Assembly: GCA_030141605.1 (NCBI GenBank)
Contig: JAQGDQ010000140.1
Span: forward strand, 248,001-312,000
Source of the DNA: Tubiluchus corallicola
Lineage: Eukaryota > Animalia > Priapulida
DNA length: 64,000 nucleotides
Direction of reading: 5' to 3'
Numbering within the stretch: the stretch's first letter is position 1; each line of letters begins with the position of its first letter. Positions 25,981 through 39,424 of the stretch are shown in pieces. The notes under the pieces were generated by a model. The model saw only the letters and a list, made by a program, of their open reading frames with translations, searched no databases and had not been told where the DNA came from. The position numbers and the translations under genes were made by a program.

Positions 25981-28900
25981 TATACCAAGTAATTTAAGTA
26001 AAACTAAACATATTAGACCTTACTTACCTATTCTTTGTAAGTAAAGAGCTTGACCAAGGTCCCCATTTCTCTTGCCAGCCTTAATCAGCCTAGTAAAAGT
26101 TTAAATTATTTTCATTCAATTTCATTTCTGTGAACTCGTGTGGGCTGTGTGCAGCTCTTCGCGTGATTTGGCATGAGGTTTTGGCCCCTAAGCTATCAAC
26201 TGCCTAACTATGATAAATAATTATTGCAAAATTTTACATTTGCATGCATTATGCCCAACAATATCATCATCACCATTATCAACAGTGTTCATGTTTCATG
26301 CCAAATCATCCCAGAACTCACCACGAGGAGGTGGCTGCACTTGAGTTCCATCTAACTAACTTAATTAAAGGTAATAATAAGATATTACCTATAGATCGAT
26401 TAAATAATTACCGTAATAAATTTGTCAAAAAAATTAATCCAGCATTGCCTACTTGCAGTTGAAGTCTAACTACGAAAGGAGAAAGGAACTGATGTTAAAA
26501 GAGCAATACTCGCTAAAAGTTAGTAAGTCTATTGTTCTACATAATATACAATGTACTAACTTAGGTGTAACATTCTAATCATGGCACGACGTGGTGGAAC
26601 GATAAATGGTCACTACCGTGATGTGAATATGAGTGATAAGATATATTTAGATAGAGTATACATTGCGTTAAATTAGGTGCAACAATCTAATCATGGCACG
26701 ACATGGTGGAACGATAAATGGTCACTACCACGATGTAAATATGAGTCATATGATATACCAAGTAATTTAAGTAAAACTAAACATATTAGACCTTACTTGC
26801 CTATTCTTTGTAAGTAAAGAGCTTGACCAAGGTCCCCATTTCTCTTCCCAGCCTTAATCAGCCTAGTAAGAGTTTAAATTGTTTTCATTCAGTTTCATTT
26901 CTGTGAACTCGTGTGTGCTGTGTGCAGCTCTTCGCATAATTTGGCATGAGGTTTTGGCCCCTAAGCTACCAACTGCCTAACTATGATAAATAATTATAGC
27001 AAAATTTTACATTTGCATGCATTATGCGCTACAATATCATCATCATCATTGTCAACAGTGTTCATGTTTCATGCCAAATCATCCCAAAACTCACCACGAG
27101 GAGGTGGCTGCACTTGAGTTCCATCTAACTAACTTAATTTAAGGTAATAAATTTGTCAAAACAATTAATCCAGCATTGCCTACTTGCAGTTGAAGTCTAA
27201 CTACGAAAGGAGAAAGGAACTGATGTTAAAAGTGCAATACTCGCTAAAAATTAGTAAGTCTATTGTTCTACATAACATACAATGTACTAACTTAGGTAAA
27301 TGGTCACTACCGTGATGTGAATATGAGTGATAAGATATATTTAGATAAAGTATACATTGCGTTAAATTAGGTGCAACAATCTAATCATGGCACGACATGG
27401 TGGAACGATAAATGGTCACTACCACGATATAAATATGAGTCATATGATATACCAAGTAATTTAAGTAAAACTAAACATATTAGACCTTACTTGCCTATTC
27501 TTTGTAAGTAAAGAGCTTGACCAAGGTCCCCATTTCTCTTCCCAGCCTTAATCAGCCTAGTAAAAGTTTAAATTGTTTTCATTCAGTTTCATTTCTGTGA
27601 ACTCGTGTGGGCTGTGTGCAGCTCTTCGCATGATTTGGCATGAGGTTTTGGCCCCTAAGCTACCAACTGCCTAACTATGATAAATAATTATTGCAAAATT
27701 TTACATTTGCATGCATTATGCGCTACAATATCATCATCATCATTGTCAACAGTGTTCATGTTTCATGCCAAATCATCCCAGAACTCACCACGAGGAGGTG
27801 GCTGCACTTGAGTTCCATCTAACTAACTTAATTAAAGGTAATAATAAGATATTACCTATAGATCGATTAAATAATTACCGTAATAAATTTGTCAAAAAAA
27901 TTAATCCAGCATTGCCTACTTGCAGTTGAAGTCTAACTACGAAAGGAGAAAGGAACTGATGTTAAAAGAGCAATACTCGCTAAAAGTTAGTAAGTCTATT
28001 GTTCTACATAACATACAATGTACTAACTTAGGTGTAACATTCTAATCATGGCACGACGTGGTGGAACGATAAATGGTCACTACCATGATGTGAATATGAG
28101 TGATAAGATATATTTAGATAAAGTATACATTGCGTTAAATTAGGTGCAACAATCTAATCATGGCACGACATGGTGGAACGATAAATGGTCACTACCACGA
28201 TGTAAATATGAGTCATATGATATACCAAGTAATTTAAGTAAAACTAAACATATTAGACCTTACTTGCCTATTCTTTGTAAGTAAAGAGCTTGACCAAGGT
28301 CCCCATTTCTCTTCCCAGCCTTAATCAGCCTAGTAAAAGTTTAAATTATTTTCATTCAGTTTCATTTCTGTGAACTCGTGTGGGCTGTGTGCAGCTCTTC
28401 GCATGATTTGGCATGAGGTTTTGGCCCCTAAGCTACCAACTGCCTAACTATGATAAATAATTATTGCAAAATTTTACATTTGCATGCATTATGCGCTACA
28501 ATATCATCATCATCATTGTCAACAGTGTTCATGTTTCATGCCAAATCATCCCAGAACTCACCACGAGGAGGTGGCTGCACTTGAGTTCCACCTAACTAAC
28601 TTAATTAAAGGTAATAATAAGATATTACCTATAGATCGATTAAATAATTACCGTAATAAATTTGTCAAAAAAATTAATCCAGCACTGCCTACTTGCAGTT
28701 GAAGTCTAACTACGAAAGGAGAAAGGAACTGATGTTAAAAGAGCAATACTCGCTAAAAGTTAGTAAGTCTATTGTTCTACATAACATACAATGTACTAAC
28801 TTAGGTGTAACATTCTAATCATGGCACGACGTGGTGGAACGATAAATGGTCACTACCATGATGTGAATATGAGTGATAAGATATATTTAGATAAAGTATA

Positions 28901-30385
28901 CATTGCGTTAAATTAGGTGCAACAATCTAATCATGGCACGACATGGTCGAACGATAAATGGTCACTACCACGATGTAAATATGAGTCATATGATATACAA
29001 GTAATTTAAGTAAAACTAAACATATTAGACCTTACTTGCCTATTCTTTGTAAGTAAAGAGCTTGACCAAGGTCCCCATTTCTCTTCCCAGCCTTAATCAG
29101 CCTAGTAAAAGTTTAAATTATTTTCATTCAATTTCATTTCTGTGAACTCGTGTGGGCTGTGTGCAGCTCTTCGCATGATTTGGCATGAGGTTTTGGCCCC
29201 TAAGCTACCAACTGCCTAACTATGATAAATAATTATTGCAAAATTTTACATTTGCATGCATTATGCGCTACAATATCATCATCATCATTGTCAACAGTGT
29301 TCATGTTTCATGCCAAATCATCCCAGAACTCACCACGAGGAGGTGGCTGCACTTGAGTTCCATCTAACTAACTTAATTAAAGGTAATAATAAGATATTAC
29401 CTATAGATCGATTAAATAATTACCGTAATAAATTTGTCAAAAAAATTAATCCAGCATTGCCTACTTGCAGTTGAAGTCTAACTACGAAAGGAGAAAGGAA
29501 CTGATGTTAAAAGAGCAATACTCGCTAAAAGTTAGTAAGTCTATTGTTCTACATAACATACAATGTACTAACTTAGGTAAATGGTCACTACCGTGATGTG
29601 AATATGAGTGATAAGATATATTTAGATAAAGTATACATTGCGTTAAATTAGGTGCAACAATCTAATCATGGCACGACATGGTGGAACGATAAATGGTCAC
29701 TACCACGATGTAAATATGAGTCATATGATATACCAAGTAATTTAAGTAAAACTAAACATATTAGACCTTACTTGCCTATTCTTTGTAAGTAAAGAGCTTG
29801 ACCAAGGTCCCCATTTCTCTTCCCAGCCTTAATCAGCCTAGTAAAAGTTTAAATTATTTTCATTCAGTTTCATTTCTGTGAACTCGTGTGGGCTGTGTGC
29901 AGCTCTTCGCATGATTTGGCATGAGGTTTTGGCCCCTAAGCTACCAACTGCCTAACTATGATAAATAATTATTGCAAAATTTTACATTTGCATGCATTAT
30001 GCGCTACAATATCATCATCATCATTGTCAACAGTGTTCATGTTTCATGCCAAATCATCCCAGAACTCACCACGAGGAGGTGGCTGCACTTGAGTTCCATC
30101 TAACTAACTTAATTAAAGGTAATAATAAGATATTACCTATAGATCGATTAAATAATTACCGTAATAAATTTGTCAAAAAAATTAATCCAGCATTGCCTAC
30201 TTGCAGTGAAGTCTAACTACGAAAGGAGAAAGGAACTGATGTTAAAAGAGCAATACTCGCTAAAAGTTAGTAAGTCTATTGTTCTACATAAAATACAATG
30301 TACTAACTTAGGTGTAACATTCTAATCATGGCACGACGTGGTGGAACGATAAATGGTCACTACCATGATGTGAATATGAGTGATA
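25981..30385. repeat. Tandem array of ~773-bp units, ~5.9 copies (starts 25981, 26754, 27448, 28221, 28994, 29729)
   Basis: Near-identical units; units 2 and 5 are shortened by internal deletions; each full unit has a duplicated ctaatcatggcacgac...ggtcactacc sub-repeat. Confidence 0.96.
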
Positions 30386-32050
30386 GAGACAGAAATTATT
30401 TATTATTAGAGCTGAGAAGAAATGTATAACTTCAGATCATTGAAGCCCAAGTTGGCACGTATAAATGATTGAACGGTAACCTGCATCTCTAAATAGATTT
30501 GCGCATGTTGTAGAAAATAAGCTAGATGGCCTTGGTCAGCTGAGACCTAGCCACAGGCCTGAACCCATCCGTGGGAATCCGTAACGACTGTCACGATTAT
30601 GAGTAAGCCAGCACATCAGTAGTAACCTCATACTTAGGCAAAAGGTTTTCAGAATTTTTCAAGCAAAATGATTGCTTTTCTGGGCAGTTTTTATAAACCT
30701 CAATGAGATCTTTCAAATTAAGTCAAATATGGTCAAAACTTATATTATACATCAATGTAATATTACTTAATTTTACCCTATTTTTCTGCTTATAATCCTG
30801 ATTAAAACATGCCATTGGGACTAGTATAATTCGGGCATTCAATGTAAGGGTTGCTGATGGAATGGAGCAATCAAATTTATTCCATTTCCATAGCCTAACG
30901 AATGGAAAAATGCAAAAACTGAGTAAATCTTGCAGACGAGCACATGATCAATTAATATAGAAAAAATACATCGCAGGCATGATGTTTGTATGTTCAAAGG
31001 CAAGCGACACAATATATTTGTTGCTTATTTATTGTAAAGCAAGGCTAACTGGCTTAGTTTCTTTATTATACTTATGTCTCGGTATTTTGTAGTGCTTTGA
31101 AACTTCATCTCTACATTTTGTTTACAGTGAAAAGTCATTTTTCCCTACTTGAAGTGTTAATTTTGTGTAAAAATAGCTGCTGCTCTTGCAAATTTGTGTT
31201 TATGAAAAAGTGAAATCAGTTTATTTGCTGGTTAGATATTATTTGTGACTGTCATGTTGTTTAGTTTACTGACAATTGTTATCCAGTATCTGGTGTTGTC
31301 CTGAATCCCGCTGGGTACATCACAGCAGAGGCGGAGCGATAGACCAATATACGTGACATCAATTGCCTAGATGCTCGATATCCTGTCTGTCCAGCTTCAA
31401 ACACAGCACAGCCTTATTATGAACTTGAGGACTTGAGGTGAGCATTGAGGTGAGTGCCTGGTTATGTTTCTGCTGAATGAGTAATCTTACGTCATTGACT
31501 TCACATCTTGTGATGAAGTTTTCCAATTTTTTCTGTTGATACTGCCATTGTACAATGTTGTCAGTTCATTCAGGTATATCCTGGGTATATCCCGTTACAG
31601 GAAAACACCTTTAGATTTGTGGCTGAGGTTTTTTCCGCATTTTTGATTTTAGTGTTCAGCAGAAAAGATTTAGTCAATTTTGCATCACTAAGCTAAGATC
31701 CTATTAAGTTTTTGTTTCATGTGGAGGTCACCACATCTGTATTTTTGCTATTTAGTTCTAAATTCTGCACATTCTTTCAGTGCATATTACTTTCATTGTT
31801 TTACCACATTTCCAAAACTATAACCCTCAAATAGCCCTGACCATCACTTGGACTGCCTCCATCACCAGTCAGAGAAATATGAGTCGAATTAGTATCTACT
31901 GTTGTAGTCGTAAGAGCATCACATACCAGCGTCTGGATCAACATTGTCCATGCCCGTAACCATCACTTCTGACTGCTTAGTTTTCAGGTTTAGATTCGGG
32001 TTCAGTGCTTTTGACCCGTTTATCTCAGTGTAAGTTGCCAAAAAAGGCTA

Positions 32051-32400
32051 TCAATCGGCTATCACATTAACCAGCACTGTCAAACTATACACGAATATTT
32101 GTCGTATTATCTTTTTCCTTATTTCATAAAGAAAGTTTTTAGCATCATTAAGATTGTCTCCAAATAACCAGTTAATTTTCTCCTCTGCAGTATTTCCTTG
32201 CCAATTTATCTTCTCTCTTTCTTGATCATAAAATGAGCAATGTAGTAACACATGCTTCAAATCTTCAATACTATCATTATATTGACAAACTCTTTGATTT
32301 TCAAGATTTCGGAATATAACCTCATCAGCGTACAAGCACCTACTTAGAAAAGCTAAACAAAACTTGGCACAAAAGCAATCTTAGAAAATTGCTTATGTAT
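32051..32400 (-). mobile_element. LINE 3' remnant
   Basis: RVCQYNDSIEDLKHVLLHCSFYDQERE: ED..H.L..C..Y motif of LINE ORF2 C-termini. Confidence 0.5.
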
Positions 32401-33414
32401 TTCATGATAGCATCTGTGATAGACTTACCAAATGCCTTGGAGATGTCAAGCTTTATTAACTTAGCTTCGAGTATAGCACATCAGTAATGAATCAAGAAGA
32501 GAGAAAGCTCATGCAGTACGTAGCAAAAAGTTTATTATTATTAAAAGGCAAATGCTGATTCTTTTCTCACTCTTGCATTTATTTACAGGAATAAATTAAC
32601 TGAAGTAAGCTAATTTCCATAAGGACCGAAAACATACAAATGTAGAAAAGCCTAGCCAGCGCACAAGGCAGTTCCGGTTTGCATATTTTTAAGAAGAGCA
32701 GTCATGTCATTCCATTTTGCTCAGACACTGTACGTAGATCCAGCACTGAAATCATGGAAGCAACTTTTCTAGGTGTGATGCACAGTCAAAGACTGAAGAA
32801 TCGATTTGTGGCAATGACTGCCGTATTACGACTCAGCTTTGGTAGTGTTTTACACGTCACTACTATTTAAAACTAAAAAGACCAATTTACAATTTTGCAC
32901 TGAACTGAAAACTGCAATCAGGATAATTACGTTAGGTAGACGAATTAAACCACTTTATGTGAAGTTAAACTACTAATTTGTTCTGTTTAATTAAGTAACT
33001 TCATCCTACCAATAATATTTTGTCTATTTTGTTTTTATTAATTTTGCAGCCCTAAATTTTGCCAAACACATTATGTAGTTCTCTGCTAACTTACATGAGA
33101 TTCTGTCGAAATAATAAGAGTTCTGCAAACTTGATCAGCAAACTTAACCACACTTTAGTTTAAGTGCTTACCTGTTCTTTACCTGAAAATTTTTCATATC
33201 AATAATAATTTTTGATAATTATTATGTCTATTTAGTCATAATTAATTTTGCAGTTCTAAGTCTTACTAAACACAATATCTAGTTATAAATAAACTTTGCT
33301 AGTCATCGAATTAATAAGAGTTGGCATTAATTAGACTAAATTGCAGGAAATTGCTGGATTGTAAAATACAATATAATTAAAAAATATGTATTTACTTACA
33401 TTGTATGTTTCCAT

Positions 33415-34354
33415 AGCAGGTAAGATCCTGGCACGTGTCCTACTAAATCAACTGTTGCTGCACCTGGAGAAAGACCTTCTCCCAGAGAGCCAGTGTGGCT
33501 TTACATCAAGCAGAGGAATGGTAGATATGATCTTTGCTGCAAGACAACTTCAAGAGAAGTGCCAAGAACAGAACGTCAGCCTCTTCACAACATTCATAGA
33601 CCTCACCAAAGCTTTTGATACTGTCAGTAGGAATGGCCTCTGGAGGATCATGGAAAATATGGATGCCCAAAGAAGTTTATTGATATTATGCGGCAGTTTC
33701 ATGAAGGCGTGATGGTCAGAGTCCTAGATGACGGAGATATGTCTGAAGCCTTTGAATTAACAAATGGGGTAAAACAGGGCTGTGTACTCGCTCCAACACT
33801 CTTCAGCATGATGTTCTCTGCCATGTTACATGATGCTTTTGAAAACACCCAGGATGGCATTAAGATAAAATACAGAACAGATGGCAGCCTCTTCAACTCC
33901 AGGCGCTTGCTAGCTACCACAAAGACCCATGTAACCACATTCAAAGACTTTCTCTTTGCTGATGACTGCACTCTCAGTGCCACCTCCAAAGAACAAATGC
34001 AAAACAAGATGGACCACTTTGCCTCACTCAAGGAACTCAGCATGGATATCCGCTCAATGGAAACCCTTGCACAATATCGCTCAGCATGGCGGAGTGCCAT
34101 CACCACAGGGGCTAAGATAGCAGAGGCGAAAAGAATTGAGGAGGCAGAGGGGAAGCGCAGGGGACGCAAGGCATGTGATACTGCCCAACCACAGATCTGA
34201 ACACCCAGCCTCACCTGTGCCAAATGCCAGAGAAGTTTCCAGGCCAGAATTGGCCTAGTCAGTCAACTTCGAGCTCATCAAAGGAATGACAACCCCCCAA
34301 ACTGACCCTTTATCCCTGTCACTATGGTCATCTTCGATTTGAAGGACGAACATC
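33415..34354 (+). mobile_element. 5'-truncated RTE-clade (BovB-like) LINE, copy 1, internally deleted
   Basis: RT motifs LPESQCGF, FIDLTKAFD, GVKQGCVLAP, FLFADD; deletion junction at ~34022; TSD atgtttccat at 33405-33414 and 34355-34364. Confidence 0.9.
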
Positions 34355-36119
34355 ATGTTTCCATTAAGCAAATTTATGTATTATGAAATGAAATGCTTGT
34401 ACAAAATTACAATAAAGTAAACTAAACAATGATGGGTAGATAATACCTGGTTTTTGGCAATGATGTATCCGTAAAATATTCAGTGGAAAGAGATCACACA
34501 TAAAACGTCAAAATAATAAGCTGCTGAGTAAAATTATTTGGAGTTGATGATTGATAGTAGTTTACAAAAACTTGCTCAAATCTAACAGCAAACAATTTTT
34601 ACAGACTTTAAACATTACAATTACACCAACTCCCCCACAGAACGGTTGATTTTCAATAACATTCTTTCTAGAAAGTATTATAGCTAACAAGTGTTATATA
34701 TTCTAAATAATAAAAACCTGGGGGAAATCAATAAGATTCAGTTATGTACCTGAACACGATCGTTCACTATACATAGTGTGAGTCGTGCAACATACTGTTC
34801 AGAAAATATTAAAAATAACTACTGCAAGACCAGTATCAGGTATAGACTTGATGAGGTTTTTGACTGTGTCAAAAACACTGGTATCTCATATTCAGCCGTG
34901 CAGAGTAAGTCGACCCTTAATCACACATCATAAATTGCAGCCTAGCTCAAATACTAGAGGGGCACATACAGCCAGGAGAAAATAAATACTTGTCCACTTC
35001 ACAAATTTTGATCCAGGGCTATACCGTTGCCTGAGCCCTTACCCTTAGTGTCTACTGTACAAGTTTGGCAACTCTAGGTACTCTAGTTTTGGAGTTATTC
35101 GCTGTTGTAGTGGAGAAACAATAATGAACGATTTATTTCAATAACATTCTGCAAATATTGCATAATCTTAAATAATTGAAACCTAGGGCAAATCAATAGG
35201 ATTCAGTTATGTATCTTAACAAGATTGTTTACTATGCAAAGTGTGGCTTGTGCAATAAACTGTTCAGAAAATAGTAATAATAATTACTGCAAGACCAGTA
35301 TAAGGTATAGACAAGATGGCGTTTTTGACTGTGTCAAAACCATTGATAACTTACATTCAGCCATGCACAAAAACTCAACTTCACTTAATCGCATAAACTG
35401 TGGTCCTGGCTCAAAAACAGGAGGACACAGCACTGGACAGGACACAGAACATGCATATAAACGTAGTTTCTCTTGCCTAGGGAGTATTCACTATGAGCTG
35501 CATGGATAACTCTGCGCACATGTAATTATTAAAGAAGCACGAAAATAAATATAAATAATAAAAACCGAGGACAAATCAAGAATATACTGCCACATAGCAG
35601 AATATTAAAAACATGTCAACAAGTATGACTAGACATGCAAACTTACCGGATCGATGATGTTCATGTTCAGTTCGTGACATCATATGTCCCTTTCCACTGC
35701 TCATCTGCTGCCATGATCATCCCAGAATTCCTTATCCCTTATCAAGTGCCAACATTCTTGCAGTGCATTTATTCTTCAGTTTACTGAAATAAAATAGACG
35801 AGTAAGTTCAAGATAATTTTGCTTTGGCCGTGACCTGATCAGCAAACCTAACCACACATTAGTTTAAGTACTTACCTGTTGTTTACCTGAAAATATTCCA
35901 TATCAATAATAATTTTTGATAATTATTATGTCTGTTTTGTCATTGTTAATTTTGCAGTTCTAAGTCTTACTAAACACAATATCTAGTTATAAATAAACGT
36001 CGCTAGTCATCGAATTAATAAGAGTTGGCATTAATCAGACTAAATTGCAGGAAATTGCTGCATTATAAAAATACAATATAATTAAAAAATATGTATTTAC
36101 TTACATTGTATGTTTCCAT

Positions 36120-37671
36120 AGCAGGTAAGATCCTGGCACGTGTCCTACTAAATCGACTGTTGCTGCACCTGGAGAAAAACCTTCTCCCAGAGAGCTAGTG
36201 TGGCTTTAGAGCAGGCAGAGGAACGGTGGATATGATCTTTGCTGCCAGACAACTTCAAGTGAAGTGTCAAGAACAGAATGTCTGCATCTTCACAACATTC
36301 ATAGACCTCACCAAGGCTTTTGATACTGTCAGTAAGAATGGCCTCTGGAGGATCATGGAAAAATATGGATGGCCAAAGAAGTTTATTGATATTGAACGGT
36401 AGTTTCTTGAAGGCATGATGATCAGAGTCCTAGATGATGGAGACATGTCTGAAGCCTTTGAAATAACAAATGGGGTGAAACAGGGCTGTGTACTCGCTCC
36501 AACACTCTTCAGCATGATGTTCTCTGCCATGTTACATGATGCTTTTGAAAACACCCAGGATGGCATTAAGATAAAATACAGAACAGATGGCAGCCTCTTC
36601 AACTTCAGGGCGCTTGCAAGCAACCACCAAGACCCATGTAACCACATTCAAAGACTTTCTCTTTGCTGATGACTGCACTCTCAGTGCCACCTCCAAAGAA
36701 CAAATGCAAAAAGAGATGGACCACTTTGCATCAGCCTTCAAGAACTACGGCCTAACAATGTCTACAAAGAAAACTGAAGTTCTGTACCAACCAGCCCCAG
36801 GCGCCCCACAGATTCAGCCAAAGATCTTAGTGAATGGTCAAGAACTTATCTCTCCTGACAGCTTCACATACCTGGGGAGCACCCTTACCACAGCTGCCAA
36901 CATCGATACAGAAATCAACAACAGAATTGCCAAGGCAAGCATTTCATTTGGAAGACTCTGCTCCAACGTATGGTACAGGAGAGGCATCAGAACCACCACA
37001 AATTGAAGGTGTTTAGAGCTGCCGTCATCACCACTATTCCAGCGAATCCTGAACATTATATAGGAGACAAGTAAAACAGCTTAACCACTTTCACATGGGC
37101 TATCTGAGGAAAATCCTGCCCATCAAGTGGCACGACAAGGTGCCAGACACAGAGGTACTTAAAAGAGCTGACCTCCCCAGCATCCATACACTCCTCCTCA
37201 AAACACAAGTTCGGTGGGCAGGCCATGTGATTTGCATGCCAGACAACCGCATACCAAAGAAGATGCTTTATGGAGAACTTGTGTCTCAAAAGAGAAAGGT
37301 TGAACGACCAAAGAAACGCTTCAAAGACAGCCTGAAGGCCTCACTCAAGGAGCTCAGCATGGATATCCGCTCAATGGAAACCCTTGCACAAGATCGCTCA
37401 GCATGGCGGAGTGCCATCACCACAGGTGCTAAGATAGCAGAGGTGAAAAGAATTGAGGAGGCAGAGGAGAAGCGCAGGAGACGCAAGGCATGTGACACTG
37501 CGCAACCACAGGTCCAAACACCCAGCCTCACCTGTGCCAAATGCCAAAGACGTTTCCAGGCCAAAATTCGCCTAGTCGGTCAACTTCGAGCTCATCAAAG
37601 GAATGACAACCCCCCAAACTGACCCTTTATCCCTGTCACTTTGGTCATCTTCGATTCGAAGGACGAACATC
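36120..37671 (+). mobile_element. 5'-truncated RTE-clade LINE, copy 2 (frameshifted)
   Basis: RT through the C-terminal CAKC...H finger; TSD atgtttccat at 36110-36119 and 37672-37681. Confidence 0.92.
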
Positions 37672-39424
37672 ATGTTTCCATTAAGCAAATTTACGTATTA
37701 TGAAATTAAATGCTTGTACGAAATTACAATAAAGTAAACTAAACAATGATGGGTAGATAATACCTGGTTTTTGGCAATGATGCATTCGTAAAATGTTCAA
37801 TGGAAAGAGATCACACATAAAACGTCAAAATAATAAGCTGCTGAGTAAAATTATTTGGAGTTGATGATTGATAATGGTTTACAAAAACTTGCTCAAAAAT
37901 AACAGCATACAATTTTTGCAGACTTTAAACATTACAATTACTCCAACTCCCCCACAGAACGGTTGATTTTCAATAACATTTTTTCTAGAAAGTATTATAG
38001 TTAACAAGTGTTATATATTCTAAATAATAAAAACCTGGGGGAAATCTATAAGATTCAGTTATGTGCCTGAACACGATCGTTCACTATACATAGTGTGAGT
38101 CGTGCAACATACTGTTCAGAAAATATTAAAAATAACTACTGCAAGACCAGCATCAGGTATAGACTAGATGACGTTTTTGACTGTCAAGAACACTGGTATC
38201 TCATATTCAGCCGTGCAGAGTAAGTCGACCCTTAATCACACATCATAAGTTGCAGCCTAGCTCAAATACTAGAGGGGCACATACAGCCAGGAGAAAATAA
38301 ATACTTGTCCACTTCACGAATTTTGATCCAGGGCTATACCGTTGCCTGAGCCCTTACCCTTTGTGTCTACCGTACAAGTTTGGCAACTCTAGGTACTCTA
38401 GTTTTGGAGTTATTCGCTGTTGTAGTGGAGAAACAATAATGAACGATTTATTTCAATAACATTCTGCAAATATTGCATAATCTTAAATAATTTAAACCTA
38501 GGGCAAATCAATAGGATTCAGTTATGTATCTTAACAAGATTGTTTACTATGCAAAGTGGGGCTTGTGCAATAAACTGTTCAGAAAATATTAAAAATAACT
38601 ACTGCAAGACCAGTATAAGGTATAGACTAGATGACATTTTTGACTGTGTCAAACACAGTGATAACTTACATTCAGCCATGCACAAAAACTCAACTTCACT
38701 TAATCGCATAAACTGTGGTCCTGGCTCAAAAACAGGAGGACACAGCACTGGACAGGACACAGAACATGCATATAAACGTAGTTTCTCTTGCCAAAGGAGT
38801 GTTCACTATGAGCTGCATGGATAACTCTGCGCACATGCAATTATTAAAGAAGCACGAAAATAAATATAAATAATAAAAACCGAGGACAAATCAAGAAGAT
38901 ACTGCCACATAGCAGAATATTTAAAACATCTCAACAAGTATGACTAGACATGCAAACTTACCGGATCGACGATGTTCATGTTCAGTTCGTGACATCATAT
39001 GTCCCTTTCCACTGCTCATCTGCTGACATGATCATTCCAGAATTCCTTATCCCTTATCAAGTACCAACATTCTTGCAGTGCATTTATTCTTCAGCTTACT
39101 GAAATAAAATAGACGAGTAAGTTCAAGATAATTTTGCTTTGGCCGCAACCTGATCAGCAAACTTAACCACACTTTAGTTTAAGTACTTACCTGTTGTTTA
39201 CCTGAAAATATTCTATATCAATAATAATTTTTGATAATTATTATGTCTATTTTGTCATTGTTAATTTTGCAGTTCTAAATCTTACTAAACACAATATCTA
39301 GTTATAAATAAACTTCGCTAGTCATCGAATTAATAAGAGTTGGCATTAATTAGACTAAATTGCTGGATTATAAAAATACAATATAATTAAAAAATATGTA
39401 TTTACTTACATTGTATGTTTCCAT

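Noticed and set aside
26244-30216. Repeated 72-aa plus-strand ORF MHYALQYHHHH...
   Set aside because: Identity reflects recent DNA duplication; it is broken in unit 2, has no domain, and splice signals favour the opposite strand.
35650-35720. Box C/D snoRNA-like segment (gatgatg...ctga) in the triplicated unit
   Set aside because: C and D boxes are not simultaneously intact across the three copies.
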